Below are positions 1-12,825 of a stretch of 64,000 nucleotides of DNA, in pieces (the first letter of the stretch is position 1; each line of letters opens with the position of its first letter). The notes below the pieces were generated by a model. The model made no database searches. It saw nothing but the letters and a program-made list of their open reading frames with translations, and was not told where the DNA came from. The stretch lies in NCBI GenBank assembly GCA_964199315.1, contig OZ116711.1:21886001-21950000 (forward strand). The letters are read 5' to 3'. Source of the stretch: Orbicella franksi (lineage: Eukaryota). A program made the translations under genes and the position numbers.

Positions 1-404
1 CTTAAAAGGAGATTCAGATAATTTTTTATAGGTCAAGCCACAGATAACTTTTTAATTCACATCAGAAGGGTGAGGAACAGGGCAAAGCAACACAAAGCAG
101 CGTTTTTGAAGGTTTTTCAGTAAAATCAGAAAATAAGAACGTTGACAAGAGTTTTAACATTCTAGGCCATAATATCATATGGCTTAAATTCTAAGTTCCT
201 ATCTTTCGTCTTTGTGGTTTTATATTGATAGAAATTTGCATATCTTGTGCTAAACAAACAGCATAATTCTGAGATGAATTTTGTTTCGGTTTTTTTCATG
301 GTTTGCTGGAAGAAAAGACTTTTATCGCGCGGTTTTAACAAATATGCGTAAGTCAGCAAGTTACTTTATTCACTAACTGTAAGCACAATAGAATTACAAG
401 GTAC

Positions 405-953
405 CTTAGCCGTCGAGGACGAATACGGATCATCCAGAATTTCCCAAACAATCGGCTGGTTTCTTTGCCACCACGACGAATTGGGATGATTGTAAAACCG
501 ATCTCGAGGCCTCTCATCCGCCGAGTTTTCATATTTTGGCCTAAAATCTAAGGCCTGCAAGTTTTCTTGAGCGTCCCTGTGTTTCGTGTAATTTGGCCAA
601 CAACACGATTCCATTTGTTGCTCATCTAAGCCCCAGTAAGCGAGCTCTTGCTCGAATAATGGACCGCAAATGTTTCGAGGACAGTGAAGTTTGCCCGTTT
701 GTAAATAGTTCAAAACCTGCGCGAAAACGCCTGGATGTCGATCGAAAAAATATTCCCCTGTTTCTGGATCGTAATCAAGTTTGCCTCGGTTCTCTAAGAT
801 CCTCGAGAGCGGAATATCTGGTATATTTCTCAGCGTACTTATGTACGGCTCAAAGAGTTTTCCTCCGACATTCAAAACAACACGATCTCGCATGTCCTTC
901 TTTGAAGCGAGGGCATCAAGCTTGCTCGTGTCTCTTCTCTCTAGAGGTGACAT
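405..953 (-). CDS. KCNC: Shaw/Kv3-family K+ channel paralog A, first coding exon only (T1/BTB domain); remainder lies left of the window
   Basis: ORF 366..953 encodes VVLNVGG...FFDRHPGVF...GKLHCPRNICGPLFEQELAYWG...MESCCW (HX5CX20CC Zn motif, Shaw-type T1). A phase-0 donor AAG|GTAC at 405/404 is at the same position as in the other paralogs. 183 aa in the window. Symbol is family-level. Confidence 0.9.
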
Positions 954-3900
954 TTTTTCCTTTTAGTCTGTAATTTACGGCATGAAGCTCGCTTGAAATT
1001 CCTGATCTTAAACCGCAAATTTAAAGAAAAGATGACCAGAATTTCCCCCGCTTGTAAATCGAAGATGTTATTTTCTTATCGCATCCGGGTCTTTATTTTT
1101 CCATTGCACCTGTCTGGTTGGCGTTTCCTAGCAACGAATGACATCGATGATTTTATCACCAAGCCTTGAATTAGTTCTATTTCTTTTTCCTCTAACGGTG
1201 ATACAATCTAAGAATAAATGCTCTCGATCAGTTTGCCAAAAAAAAAAAAAAAAGGCAGATTAAAATCAGGAGGCCCCAGATATTCGTCTTATTATACGTC
1301 TATCGATTCTAGGAAAAAACTACTAACGGAAAAATAAAGTGTGGACTCAGTTCACACATCAGTTTAAAAGGAAGCTTCTACACTTTTATGATAACAAATC
1401 TCTTTCTTATAATCTTCCAAGTACAAGTGAAGTGGTGGGGATGTAAGTATCTAAACTTATTTTTAGATCAGCTTATTATTATATACTAGCATAAGTTTAT
1501 TCTTTTATCACTTTGGTTTCCTACGTATGACTATGCAACGAATTTAATTAAGTTAAAGTTAAAGTTAAATATCGTTAGTTTGGTGATGTTCTTTGAAAGA
1601 CCTCGTTGCGTCAACGATACTTTTTAAAATCCTCTTTCAAAGTGATTATTAAAACTTTAAAAAAATTACGGGAACGGCTAAGAAAAAATTGATTCGTTGC
1701 ACAGCAAGGTTAAGTTGTGCCTCTGAGTCTAAACTTTTAGCGAAGAGGACTGTTTATATCGATCAATAAACCATCTCTGCGTATTTGAAGATTTATCGGA
1801 CACTCGACCATCGACCTTCAAAAGCAATATTTTGCACCAAAATACTCCTGTCAATTAATTGTTCTAATACTTTATAACTTTGCTCTCAATTTCATAAACG
1901 TAATCCCTGAATTCATAACTATTCCAGGAATTATTCAAACAGCCAAACAAACAAGTTTCTCTTTTGCTTCGACCACCTGATATATAATTGTCTGTACAAA
2001 CATGTTCACAGTGGTCTTTAACGTTTTTGCCTAATTATACCTTACGTCTACAAACTTTCCATAGCAAAGCGCCTATTTTGGAGTTATTTAAAAAAAAAAT
2101 TCCTGATTAAAAATGAACCCTGAATGCATTTCATTTCAACTTCGTTACAAGGCCTATTTGTAGTTCTCATGATTTACTTGCCGGTAAAATATAGTACACT
2201 GTCTTCGTTCAAGCAAGAGACGTCCATGCTTCTATGCCCGTTATAAAACATTTGGAAGTCTTCGGGCCGAGTAACACGTCTCTCAAGTGCGCGCAGTCAG
2301 AAGGGGATGGAGGGTGGGGAGAAATGCCCTTCCTCGCTGCACTTTACGTTAATTATTCTCCAAACCTGGGATAGCGCACGCATGCGCACTTGAAGATAAC
2401 TCTGGTTATATTCACACCATCTGGAAAATCATTTGCTCAGTAACCTTAGCTTCAGATTTAAAAAAAAAACCTTCAGGTTCGGATCTGTCTCGGAGTGACA
2501 TGAAGAACTAATTGAGAACTAATTAAAAAACGTCCTGCAAACAATCTGCAATCAACACAATTTAGAAAAAATTAATTGCTATGCGTTCAAGAAAATGAGT
2601 TCTTACCTTAAAATAATTTGGTATTCAGTCGTCAGGCAAAAATTCTCGCCAAAGACTGAGAAAGCTTAAAAATATGTTAATTATAGAGTAACTTGTAAAA
2701 TACTAAAATTGCTAAAAAAACAACATTAGTGACCATCTTTACGAGCTCAATAGTTTTATCCGCTCAAGGGAAGTTTGGCATTAAACTTTAACTGAGCTCA
2801 CATTTGCCTCCCCCCCCCCCCCCCCAAAAAAAAAATGCCAGACAAAAAATGGAAAAATTCTACACCAATGACAAGAGGCTCACTGGATATTTTTGTCAGA
2901 TGTCCAATGGTTGTGAACATTCTTAGCTAACTCTCTTTTCCGCCAAAAACATCAAATTGTATTATAAAAGCTGCTACCATGCCTCGATGATAATTTTTAA
3001 CTTAGCCTAGTTAGAGTGACTGGTGCTTAAACTTCCGTGTAGCGTCTGTGATTGGCTGTTTCTTGGTTTTGAATTTTCCCGCGCAGGTAACAGCCAATCA
3101 GATGGAGTCTCGCATCTCTGTAAGGCTGCGTCATTGGCATGGAAATGTTTCTACTCGAACCTAGTTATCTCTCTTGAAAAGTTTTGAACTTAGAAAATTG
3201 TAGTTTTTATCCTCAGCCTCACACATATATATACATTACCAACTACATGGAGAGGCGGCTGGGAGAGTGAAAGGTAAATGTAACGATACGAATTTATTTA
3301 TTTGTTTTATTTATTGTCTCATCATGGCACGAATGTGGAACAAAGGTAAAACCTGTACAACTGACGGGCTCTTATTACTATTTGTCCCACGTTCCTGACA
3401 TTCACGGAGCTTAAAATTTACTATCTTTCATGGTCGCATTAAATTAAATTTCCTTTGTATAGCAGTATAGCATAACCCAGATTCAAACTTTATCTTCAGA
3501 AATAGAAAAAAGTAACATCGGTTTAATAGCAAATGGCCCAGACCATAGTACCTAGAGGAAAATGGCTAAGAAGCCCGGTAAACATCAAAGAAGCAAACAA
3601 ACAGGCTAAGATTTATATTGGAAGGTCTGTGACCCTGTACATCTTTTGGTACTACGCATGAATTACATAATCGCAATACTTCTATTGGTTGGTTGTATGA
3701 GCACACATAACTGTCTTCTGTATTTTACCAGGTTTTGTGCAGGGTCAACTCCTAAAATAGCCAACAAAACATACAACAAGAAGTTTGCCAGTTTTCATAA
3801 TCATTCCCTCTATTAACCATGCCCAGACACTGCAAAATTATGCAAGTGCCTCACAGGGCAGCATTTGGCACGTTGCCCACGCGGCGGCGTGCAATATTAC

Positions 3901-4106
3901 AAAGCCAAAATTGCGATGGTAGCTGGATCAAGCAGCCGAGAAAATGTTCTGCAGACAATTAGAATGTTTGCTCTTAAAAAGGTGGCAAACAGTCGTCTTG
4001 CTTTGATAAGTGGGCAGAACATTGCTGATATTTTTGACACTGCCTCAGAATCCACGTGAATGTTGCAACGATTGACTCGCGTCAAAATTGTTACGCACAT
4101 CAATCA

Positions 4107-4286
4107 ATAGAACGTTTTCACTCACGTGGCCAGGACACATGCACATTTATTGGAACAAAAGAAGTGTTCACCTAAGAAAAGAGTTCAACTCCCACAGGAT
4201 TAGTTTGGTACGCAAACAAGGCCCCTGTTTCATTGTTTTGAAACACCATTATGGCTGCTATGAAGTCAGGTGAAAAACCGCTCTAT
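4107..4286. mobile_element. About 180-bp MITE (ATAGARCGTTTTCAC terminal inverted repeats)
   Basis: TIRs atagaacgttttcac / gtgaaaaaccgctctat; second copy at 7991-8157. Confidence 0.7.
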
Positions 4287-4491
4287 AGCTGAAACTTTGC
4301 GCGGAATTTTTTTTAGAAGGGTTTTGGGGCAATTTCAGGAAGGCATAATTCAAACATTGCACAATGTGTCCGGGTATTTCTTTATATACAAAAAGAAGTG
4401 ATCTCTATATAGAACGGTCGATGAAATGGGTCTGCCATTCACCAGACACCTCTCCCACCACCTCTCGTCTCCTTGTGTGTCCGAGCTAGGA

Positions 4492-7400
4492 TCATACACG
4501 GGTCATATTTTGAATGTTGTCTCTTTTATGTCCTCTAATTGCCGACCTAAGCATATCATCCCTGCCTTCAGATTCCAACACGTTATTGCTCTGTGAAGGC
4601 GTAGAATGCTGCAAATGTTTCAATTCTTGGGGAGAATTGTTATCTGCATATTGCGAATTCCTTGCACTGTCTATACATTTTCTACCCTTTAAATCATCAA
4701 AAGATCCATTTGCTGGTGGCCTGTGTACCTTTTCTTCCGATCTCACCAGAGGCGATATTGGCAATGACGTAATACCTCTGTTTCCGCCAATCGCGTTTCG
4801 TCTCTTGCCTGGCGGAGTGTCACTGGACGCGAGTTCGCTTCTAGACCGAACCCGAGGCTCAGCCGAAAGTTTGTTGGGATTTTTCTCTTCGTTTAAGTTT
4901 TCTGATGATCTCCACGGCGGTGCAGGTTCTATTTTATTGTCTTGTCTTTCTTGTCCCTTTTCATCGTCATTGTAGTCTTTGCTAGAGTCAAACGTTACTC
5001 CTCGTAAATTAACATGAGCGTGACCGGAGTCACGGCCGTCACCAGGGTCACGCAGCGGCCGCATTTCATCTTCCGTTTTTTCGTCCGAAAGGACAGCTCT
5101 TCTACCCTCGTTATTTTTGTGTTCTGATGTGTTTGATTCATTTGACGATTCGTGCGTTCCACCGTATCCTTCCTGTGGCGAGGTTTCACTTGGAGATTTC
5201 CCAAGGATTCCACTCTCCCCCGCGCTATCCCCGTCGGTTGTCGTATAATAACTGTCTCTCTCTTTCTCGTGTGACGATACATCGCCGTTTCCACGGTTAG
5301 CTAGACGTTTACTTCCGCCTCGCCTCCTCTTGCGCTGACTCTGTCTCTTTCCCGAAGGGGTGGGTGCGGGAGAAATTGCCATTCGGCGGTGCGAGGGAGC
5401 CGTTATATGCAACATGACGTCACTGGCTCCTCGGAGGCCACTGGATATGTCCATTGCACTGCCCGTAGGTGGAGACGAAAATAACTCCTCTGCGCTCTTC
5501 TTCACATTGGAAGCATGTTCCACATCGGAGGTGTCCGACTCTAGCCGAGGCAACGTGGAGGGTGGCAGCACCGCTTCCCTACGAGTCGAGCGACACCGAG
5601 GAGTTATCGACGGATTCCGAAGACTCTTTCGCGGCAGAGGCAAGGTTTCGTTGCGTGGACTCGGATTACTGACTGCCTCTGAACTGTCCGAGTTTCCTTC
5701 GTTGTTGTACAAAGTCGACTCTGACACGAGAGCGCCTGCAGCACCAAGTAAAATCGGCGTGCGCTTCTTTTTAGGCAGTTTCAACTGCGCTTGCGCATGA
5801 GAATAAAACAAAGTGAAGTTGCTGCCAATCACAGACACAGGAAGTGCTACGATGAGCACCCCTACGCATGCGCAAATTGCGCCAAGAATCCTTCCAAGAA
5901 GGGACTTAGGATATGTATCACCATAGCCTACTGTCGTCATGGTGATTACAGCCCACCAAAAGGCTTCTGGGATGCTGTCAAAATCTGAATCCGATGGTGG
6001 CTTTAGAGTCTGCAGAAAAAAAAAATACAACCAAATAATAAAACCAAACTTTGATGGCTTTTGAAAGTACTTCTCAATGGTTTTCAAATAAATGGCCGCT
6101 CACCAGGATTTCCTCCACAAACATAACTGAAAGGTTAGGGCCGTATATTACTTCATAGTAAACTGTTCCATTATGGTAAATAGTAGCTTTCATTTGAATG
6201 GTCACACACTAAGATTTCATCCACAAAACTTAAAAGCTAGAACCACCTTGTATAGTATAATAAACAGTACCACATGAAAGTACTGCTCAAAGCTTTCATT
6301 TGAATGGTCACACACTAGGGTTTCATCCACAGATTAAAAAGGTAAAGCCGCCTTGTACACTCGGGGGGGGGGGGTACTCCCTTATATGAGCTATATAGGT
6401 ATGTACGGCCCCAAAGGGTATGATTTTTCAGCCGTTTTGGTCATAATTAGGGTATGGTTTTTGCACTCTAACCTTGATATGGGTATGTTTTTAAGAAGAA
6501 GCCACTTTTTCATTATTATCAAGTTAACAAAAGCCCTTCAAAAATCATGTTTACGGTGATTTAACATTGGTCTAAACTTTTTAGGGAACTTATTATGACG
6601 CGGTTCTGAAACAGGGTTTTAATTTAATGGTTAGGTCATAAATAGGGTATCGAATATTTGGTCAGGTCATAAATAGAGTAGGGAATATCGCAGATCTTGG
6701 TGAAACGGGGTGAAATGTCAACTTTTCTCACCTTTTCTGCATAGAAAACCAACGTCGAGAAAATGACCATGGGAATCAATAGGATAAGGACCAGGAGAAA
6801 TAACTCCCGTGCACTGGCTCTCAAGGTATGTCCAATCACTTGCATGCCACTCATGGTCCGAAAAAACCTGAATAACCGGAAAATCCTGATCAGTCGGAGA
6901 ACGAACAGAAAGGTTAGAGTGCCTGTCACTGTACTTGACAAGTTGACGTAAAGGGGAACCACTGATGTTATGTCGACCCATGTCATAAATGTTTTAAAAA
7001 ATTCGGGCAGTGAAGGGCATGTGCAAAGCCTGGCCAGAAAGTCGGCTGAAAACCACACCAGGTAGAAATATTCCATGCCCTCGAACAAAGACTTGTAGTC
7101 CTCACTCAGGTCTTCAATTGATTCCAGGCAAAATGTGAGCACTGATAAGACTATGACAATCAATGACACCATAGCAAACATCTGAAAAAAAAAAAGAGAG
7201 AGTAGAGATGTAATGCTGGTCTGTGCAGATCTCGGTGTGCTCTCATCCCCCCGGGGATGCCCCCTGTAATGGCCTATCGGGGAGGCTCCGCCCAAAAGGG
7301 GTTACCTTTCCTAGGGATTTCACAAGTTGGGGTATAGAAAAGGGTTGGGCAATCGGAATATCTTGACTCCGGCCACAAGATGAACTGAAAAAATAATACT

Positions 7401-10400
7401 TGTTTTTCTGGTTAACATCTCTTCTGGTAATGCTCGATGTTCCCCGGTAATGTTATTCATTAACTTCATTCGAAGGGTGCAGTTTTCTTAAGTAGGTACG
7501 TGAAAGAGGAACCCGTTTTCCAGTAAAAGGTTTACCAAAGGAGTACCTTCTCTGTCGAAATGGTATACAAAAGGACAAGGGGCTGAACCTCGGTGCGGAG
7601 CCTCCACGTAACAAAAAACTTTCTAGAGTATCTCCCCGGGCTCTCATCTCATTAGCATGTAATTCTTGGAGTTTCCTCCCGTGGGAAATGGAACGGACTT
7701 TTTGCTAATTTTGAGCCCAGTTTTCTCATACTTTTGAAAGTAATGTTCACGTCAGAATTGGTGAAACACTTTTTCTCTCCTCTCCGTCGTCTACTTTGAG
7801 AAAAATGACTTTATTAGAAACACACACTTGGTCGAATGTTTTCTTCCGAAGAGCCACGCGCCAAAATCGTGGTACACGGCGAATGACACATTTAATTAAT
7901 ATTCCTTAGCGGACTGTTTTCACGGGTTACAACTTTGTTAAAACAGTTGATGCAAGTCTAAATCAAATAGAAGGGCGTTGTACATCACTAATATAGCGTT
8001 TCACTTACGTACACATGCATATTTATTGAAACAAAAGGTACATAAGGAAAGAGTTCAACTCCCACAGGATTGGTTTGGTACACCAGCATGGCCGCCGTTT
8101 CATTGTTTTGGAACACAACCAATATGGCTGCCGTAACGTCATGTGAAAACGCTCTATAACGCCAAACGAGCCAATCCGCAGTCGAAGCAAAAATATCCAA
8201 CGAGTGACGGGTGCCAAAGGCGGGAAAAATAGATAACCTGAACCACGATTGATATAAGTTGAATTAAATTTAGCCGCTCCCAGCTGGTTTATCTTAATCT
8301 TGGTTACTATAAATTTGCGTTCATTCTGTTTGTATAGAGCACGTTGCAGAACAAGCGAATTCATGATTTTGGCTGAGTCAGTAAAAACCGTATGCGGCCT
8401 GCCGCCAAAAAGGCTACACTCGTTCAACTTCGTCACTTTTGTGTCTGTAATTTAAATTACAAATTACAAAGACTATTGTCGTAATTAAAAGTCAGTGTTG
8501 CTATCAGATTGTTAAATCGATGCCCCCGGGCTAAAATCAACCACATAGAGGTTTTTGTAGCCCTATAATACGAAGATATGTACTTTTTCTTTTTTCCGCG
8601 GGCAAGAAGACTATTTCAAAGACTTCCAATATTATAGTTGAACTGCTTAGTAGCTTTTGTCATCTGGCCCATCTATTGTAACAATTATAATCAAGGCCAA
8701 ATTTTGGCTGCAGTCAATTTGTGTACTTGCCACGGGCTTGACAACAAAGCCACGTTGTATGCAGGAATAATCTTTTTCTTTTCAGTCGCATTAAACCAAA
8801 CTACCTTTCTTGGAATATTTTGTGGAAAACAAAGTTAAGCATAATCTGTATATAATGCGAACCTCAAATTTATATTCCTTTCTTTTTCACTCAAGACACG
8901 TTATCGAAAATGGCGCACGTTCGACAAAACACTACCTTCTGCCTTCGTGTCAAAGAGCGTTAGTAACAATATTGCAAATAGACACGTATTGAATGGTTCA
9001 ACACGGTTATAAAGCTTTCGGTTTTAATTTAATACAAGACAAAGGTGTCAAGACTGGGGATTCGTGTGACCATATTTCGTACTCAGCTGGTGCCCATGAA
9101 TAATACACTACAGCAGGCAGCTAGTTGTGGTTCATTTCCTGTGCTACTGCATTCGAGATCTGTTAAAGTACTTGAATTGCTAACAGCCTTTGCTTCAATT
9201 ACATTCGCTGCGCATACACTTTTTTGTTATAAGAATATTGTTTTTTTCCGCCGAGGCTGAATATTCTTATTTTTCTGCCGATTTCAGGCTGACCTGATAT
9301 ATTCTTGTGAATATTCTTAGATTACAGCGTATGACATTTCTGTTTTCGAATGTATGAGGTGTCTAGACAGTGTTTTAAAAAGCATTTGGAGCCAGCCTGC
9401 AGGCAAAGAGGCCTGATATGACGTACATAACTTCTTGCAGAAATGTTTTTAGCATCGAACATACGACCAGTACAGATTTTGGTGCTTTTTGGCTGGTTTC
9501 ACCGTTAAGAGAAAGGAAGAATTCCATAGTTTTAGTTAGAAACATATAATTGTATTGTATTTACAAATTTTCAACACAAAAAATTATGTTCTTTTCAAAA
9601 TCTCAGCCTCAGGTTTTTTTTAAATATTCTTAAAATCTTCGATATTTTTATAAAATTTCTTATAAAAAATGTCAAACATTTTAGCCTCGATTTTCTTATA
9701 AATCATATATTCTTAGAAAAAAAAAGTGTATCAATAATACATATACTACTTCAAACACAAGTTTGTCAAATATTATTCTTCGTACATTAGTGTTAATATC
9801 ACATATATGAGACTTGAAAGGTAACATTCTGTTAATTTCACCGGTCAGTCGTTTAAATTGATTGTACTGAAATAAGCTCGCATGATGAAGGTTTGTTGTA
9901 AATAACATTGTACGAAATCAGCATACTGATTGTACTGAAATAAGCTCGCAAGGCAAATTTAGCATTAGAGAGTAAACAAATTGGCAGATGAAGGTTTGTT
10001 GCAAATAACATTGCACGAAATCAGTATACATGCATGTTTAACAGATTCGACTGTTACTGTTTAACGCTAAATATAACAGCAAAAACGATTGCGATTTCTT
10101 TCACTCTGAGATACTTGGAATACGAAAAATAAAAATACATAACGGTACCCTTATATCTAAAATAATGTGCAAGATGTATTGTACGACTCCACGACAGACA
10201 CTGAAATTGTTTGTTTTGAAAGCGGTAAAGCGTTTGAACTCCGCAGCTTTTTTTATGTAATATCGTCGGATAGAGCGAGTAATAGCACTTCGAGGGATGA
10301 TCGCAGTTCATGGCATATATAAAATGGTGTAAGAAAAATAATATTTACATGGGATGCATCGAAATTTGTCGCGTTAACACAAACATGGACCGCAACACAG

Positions 10401-12825
10401 GTTTCAATACTTTGCTTTCTCTTAAAACATTAATAATAAGTGTCGGCTGTAAGTAGCTTTGTTATACGTTCGTTGATTGCAATTTCGTGCCAGGGATAAC
10501 AGCCAATACGTCTTTTGCACCAATAAGAAAGTTTTCGCGTGGACAAGGAAAATAAACTATGAAAAAGAACATTTTGTTGTTGGAGTCATGGACATACCAG
10601 TGACTCTGTCAAATGCGTTTTATATATATAAAAAGCTCAAGATCGCGAAAAAAGTATTAAACTCGTGGACAGGTATGTTTTTGATTATTAAGTAAACAAT
10701 TTGACACGGATCTACTTTAGAGCAAGACCCAAGGCGATTCTTTATTTCACCTGAATACATATTAAAATTATGTTTCGCTGAAGGCTGATGAAAACAGTTC
10801 CTCATTTCTTTCCCCTGAAATGCACTGAAAATTTACAGATGGCCTTGAACTCGCGAGCGAATCAATGCAATTTCTTTTTTGATACTGCATAATTTTACCT
10901 TCAACGATACTTCCTGGTTTCGAGAAAAATCCTTGCAAACTCGACTGTAGATTTAATTTATATGAACCGTAACAGTGAAATGAGTCCATTTAGGTATTTT
11001 CAAATGATAGGGGTCGATCGATTCAAAGGAGTATTCTATCATTGCTTTCATTAGATAGTTAACAGTAAATATGAAGAAGGGGTCGAACTTAACTGTTATA
11101 TGTCGTGTAATAGGAAGTATGCCCTTTTTAGACTTTTAGAATGTATTTTGTTGTTCCCGCAGTAGACGGTTTGGCTATTGTTTATCGGAGCCAAAACATA
11201 TATTGTATCAAAATTGTTTCGACGCAAAATTAAAATGCACATTTCTAGAAATACTGGTGTTGAGCTGTTGTTGGTTCGATCTTAAGAGCCCGTTTTCAAA
11301 ATATCGAATGCAAAGCAAGTAGAGATAATAATATTTATTGATGAAGAAGAAATCGTCTACAAGATGATATTTCGCAAGCTGATGCAAACAGTTATTACCA
11401 TAATTAATAATGAGAGAATTTTCTTATAACTGCCATGTTGCTATAGCCATCGGGTTTCATGTCATCATTTTTAACAGTAGGCCATTGTGTTGACATGTTT
11501 TCTGACAGCGAAACGCGCTTAAAACTCAGAACGCGATTCTACATACACAGACAACAATGTTGACGAATTTTTAAATATAAATAACATCAAACAACACCAT
11601 CGCTTCGAGGCTTGGGTTCTGCAGTGAGATATGTGACCTCTACACAAGTTGGAAGCAAATTTACGTTTAATTTGACGTAGTCTGCGTTAAGATGACTTTC
11701 AATTTAAATGCTTAAAAATAAAAAAAATTGTTTTGAGTGGTAAATCGATACGCACTCCCACAAGTATTTTAGCTGTAGTTTCAAAACGCATCCACTTGAC
11801 AAGTCAAAATGCCAGCTCGATTTTTTAATTTGCATACGCGCAGAAACGTGCAAAATGAAAACCGAAAAGCAAACGAAATTCCGTCTTTAGGCACAAGCTC
11901 CGACTCTTATCGATTTAGCCGGAACAACTAAAATCACGATTTCGCACTCAAACGGTAGAAACTGACGACGGTTGTGCAACTACATCTCACTTCCGTCCTA
12001 AATTTGAAAAAAGAAAAAAAAAAAAAGTATTAAATTCGATCTATTACATGTAAATTAGTCGCCTGCCCTGGTTGAAGTAAAAGCGGAAAAAAAATCGCGA
12101 TACCTTCACAAGAAACTTGCTGAGTAAAATTGCTTTTATAAACATCAAAATTTTTGTTGTTATTATTATTATTTAATTTGCCTTTAGCAGTGAAATGAAA
12201 AAAGAAATAAGGTAAAATAATGTAGATTCCAAACCTGCGCGTATTTTGAAGAATATGGCTGCTCCAACATGGCCCAAATTTCTTTCTTCCATTTCGTTCT
12301 TGAAGATTCCTTGTGTCGAACTTTGAACGCGCTGGCTTCATTTTCAGATTCCTCGACGCTTTTTTGCAATCCTTCGAATGCCTTCAGTGTCGCTTGTGCA
12401 TCTCGATGCTGGGTATAATTACTCCAGCAACACGGCTCCATTTGAAGCTCGTCTATCCCCCAAAACGCCAGCTCTTCCTCAAACAGTGGTCCGCACACAT
12501 CACTAGGAGTATGAAGTTTGCCGGTCCGATAGTAATTGATAATGCTGGCGAAGACCCCAGGGTGGCGGTCAAAAAAGTACTCGTTGTTTTCCGGATCGTA
12601 CTCGGCTTGTTTAGAAGCATTTTCCGCGATCCAGGCTAGCCTTGAATCCGGTACAACCCTAAGCGTGCTTAAGTACGTTTCGTGGCGATAGCCGCCTACG
12701 TTGATAATAACCCGGTCCTTCGCTAGGACGCGCGCTGGCAACGAGTCTTCGAAGTTGGACTCGGATTTCGCCCGCGCAATTCCCAGTCCTGGCTCGAGCA
12801 TCGTTCGAGTTTGGTCCGTCTGCAT
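4492..12825 (-). CDS. KCNC: Shaw/Kv3-family K+ channel paralog B, 3 coding exons, about 852 aa
   Basis: Exons 12825-12235 (T1; donor CAG|GTTTGG), 7181-6732 (S1-S5; acceptor TTTCAG|ATG, donor AAG|GTGAGA) and 6009-4492 (pore [19 protein letters not shown]6, [15 protein letters not shown], long tail; acceptor CTGCAG|ACT). All junctions are phase 0 and the frame is continuous. Confidence 0.93.
6185..6358. repeat. 106-bp minisatellite, about 1.6 copies, in gene B intron 2
   Basis: agctttcatttgaatggtcacacacta...tttcatccaca starts at both 6185 and 6291. Confidence 0.8.
7247..7640. mobile_element. MITE of a CCCGGG-terminated family (related copies or ends at about 6359-6712, 18292-18611, 38244, 49564-49856, 59082-59341)
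   Basis: Ends read ccc(c)gggg...gagt..ccccggg; several copies share ctccc(a/t)tataaaa(a)ggacggg-like and gggagt motifs. Family assignment is by eye. Confidence 0.55.
7991..8157. mobile_element. Second copy of the 4107-4286 MITE
   Basis: Shares the core gagttcaactcccacaggatt..tttggtac and the end gtgaaaacgctctat. Confidence 0.7.
9215..9673. mobile_element. About 460-bp MITE in gene B intron 1 (inverted sister copy 53671-54196 in gene D intron 1)
   Basis: Ends tacacttttttgttataagaa / ttcttataaaaaatgt. The interior (ccagcctgcaggc..agaggcctgatatgacg; ttagattacagcgtatgac) is reverse-complemented at 53.9-54.1 kb. Confidence 0.75.

Noticed and set aside
593-973. Plus-strand ORFs overlapping Kv exons (also 4514..4975, 5360..5800, 12313..12639, 20393..20982, 28065..28657, 50124..51313, 55683..56230)
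   Set aside because: Antisense shadows of GC-richer coding exons; no domains or splice support.
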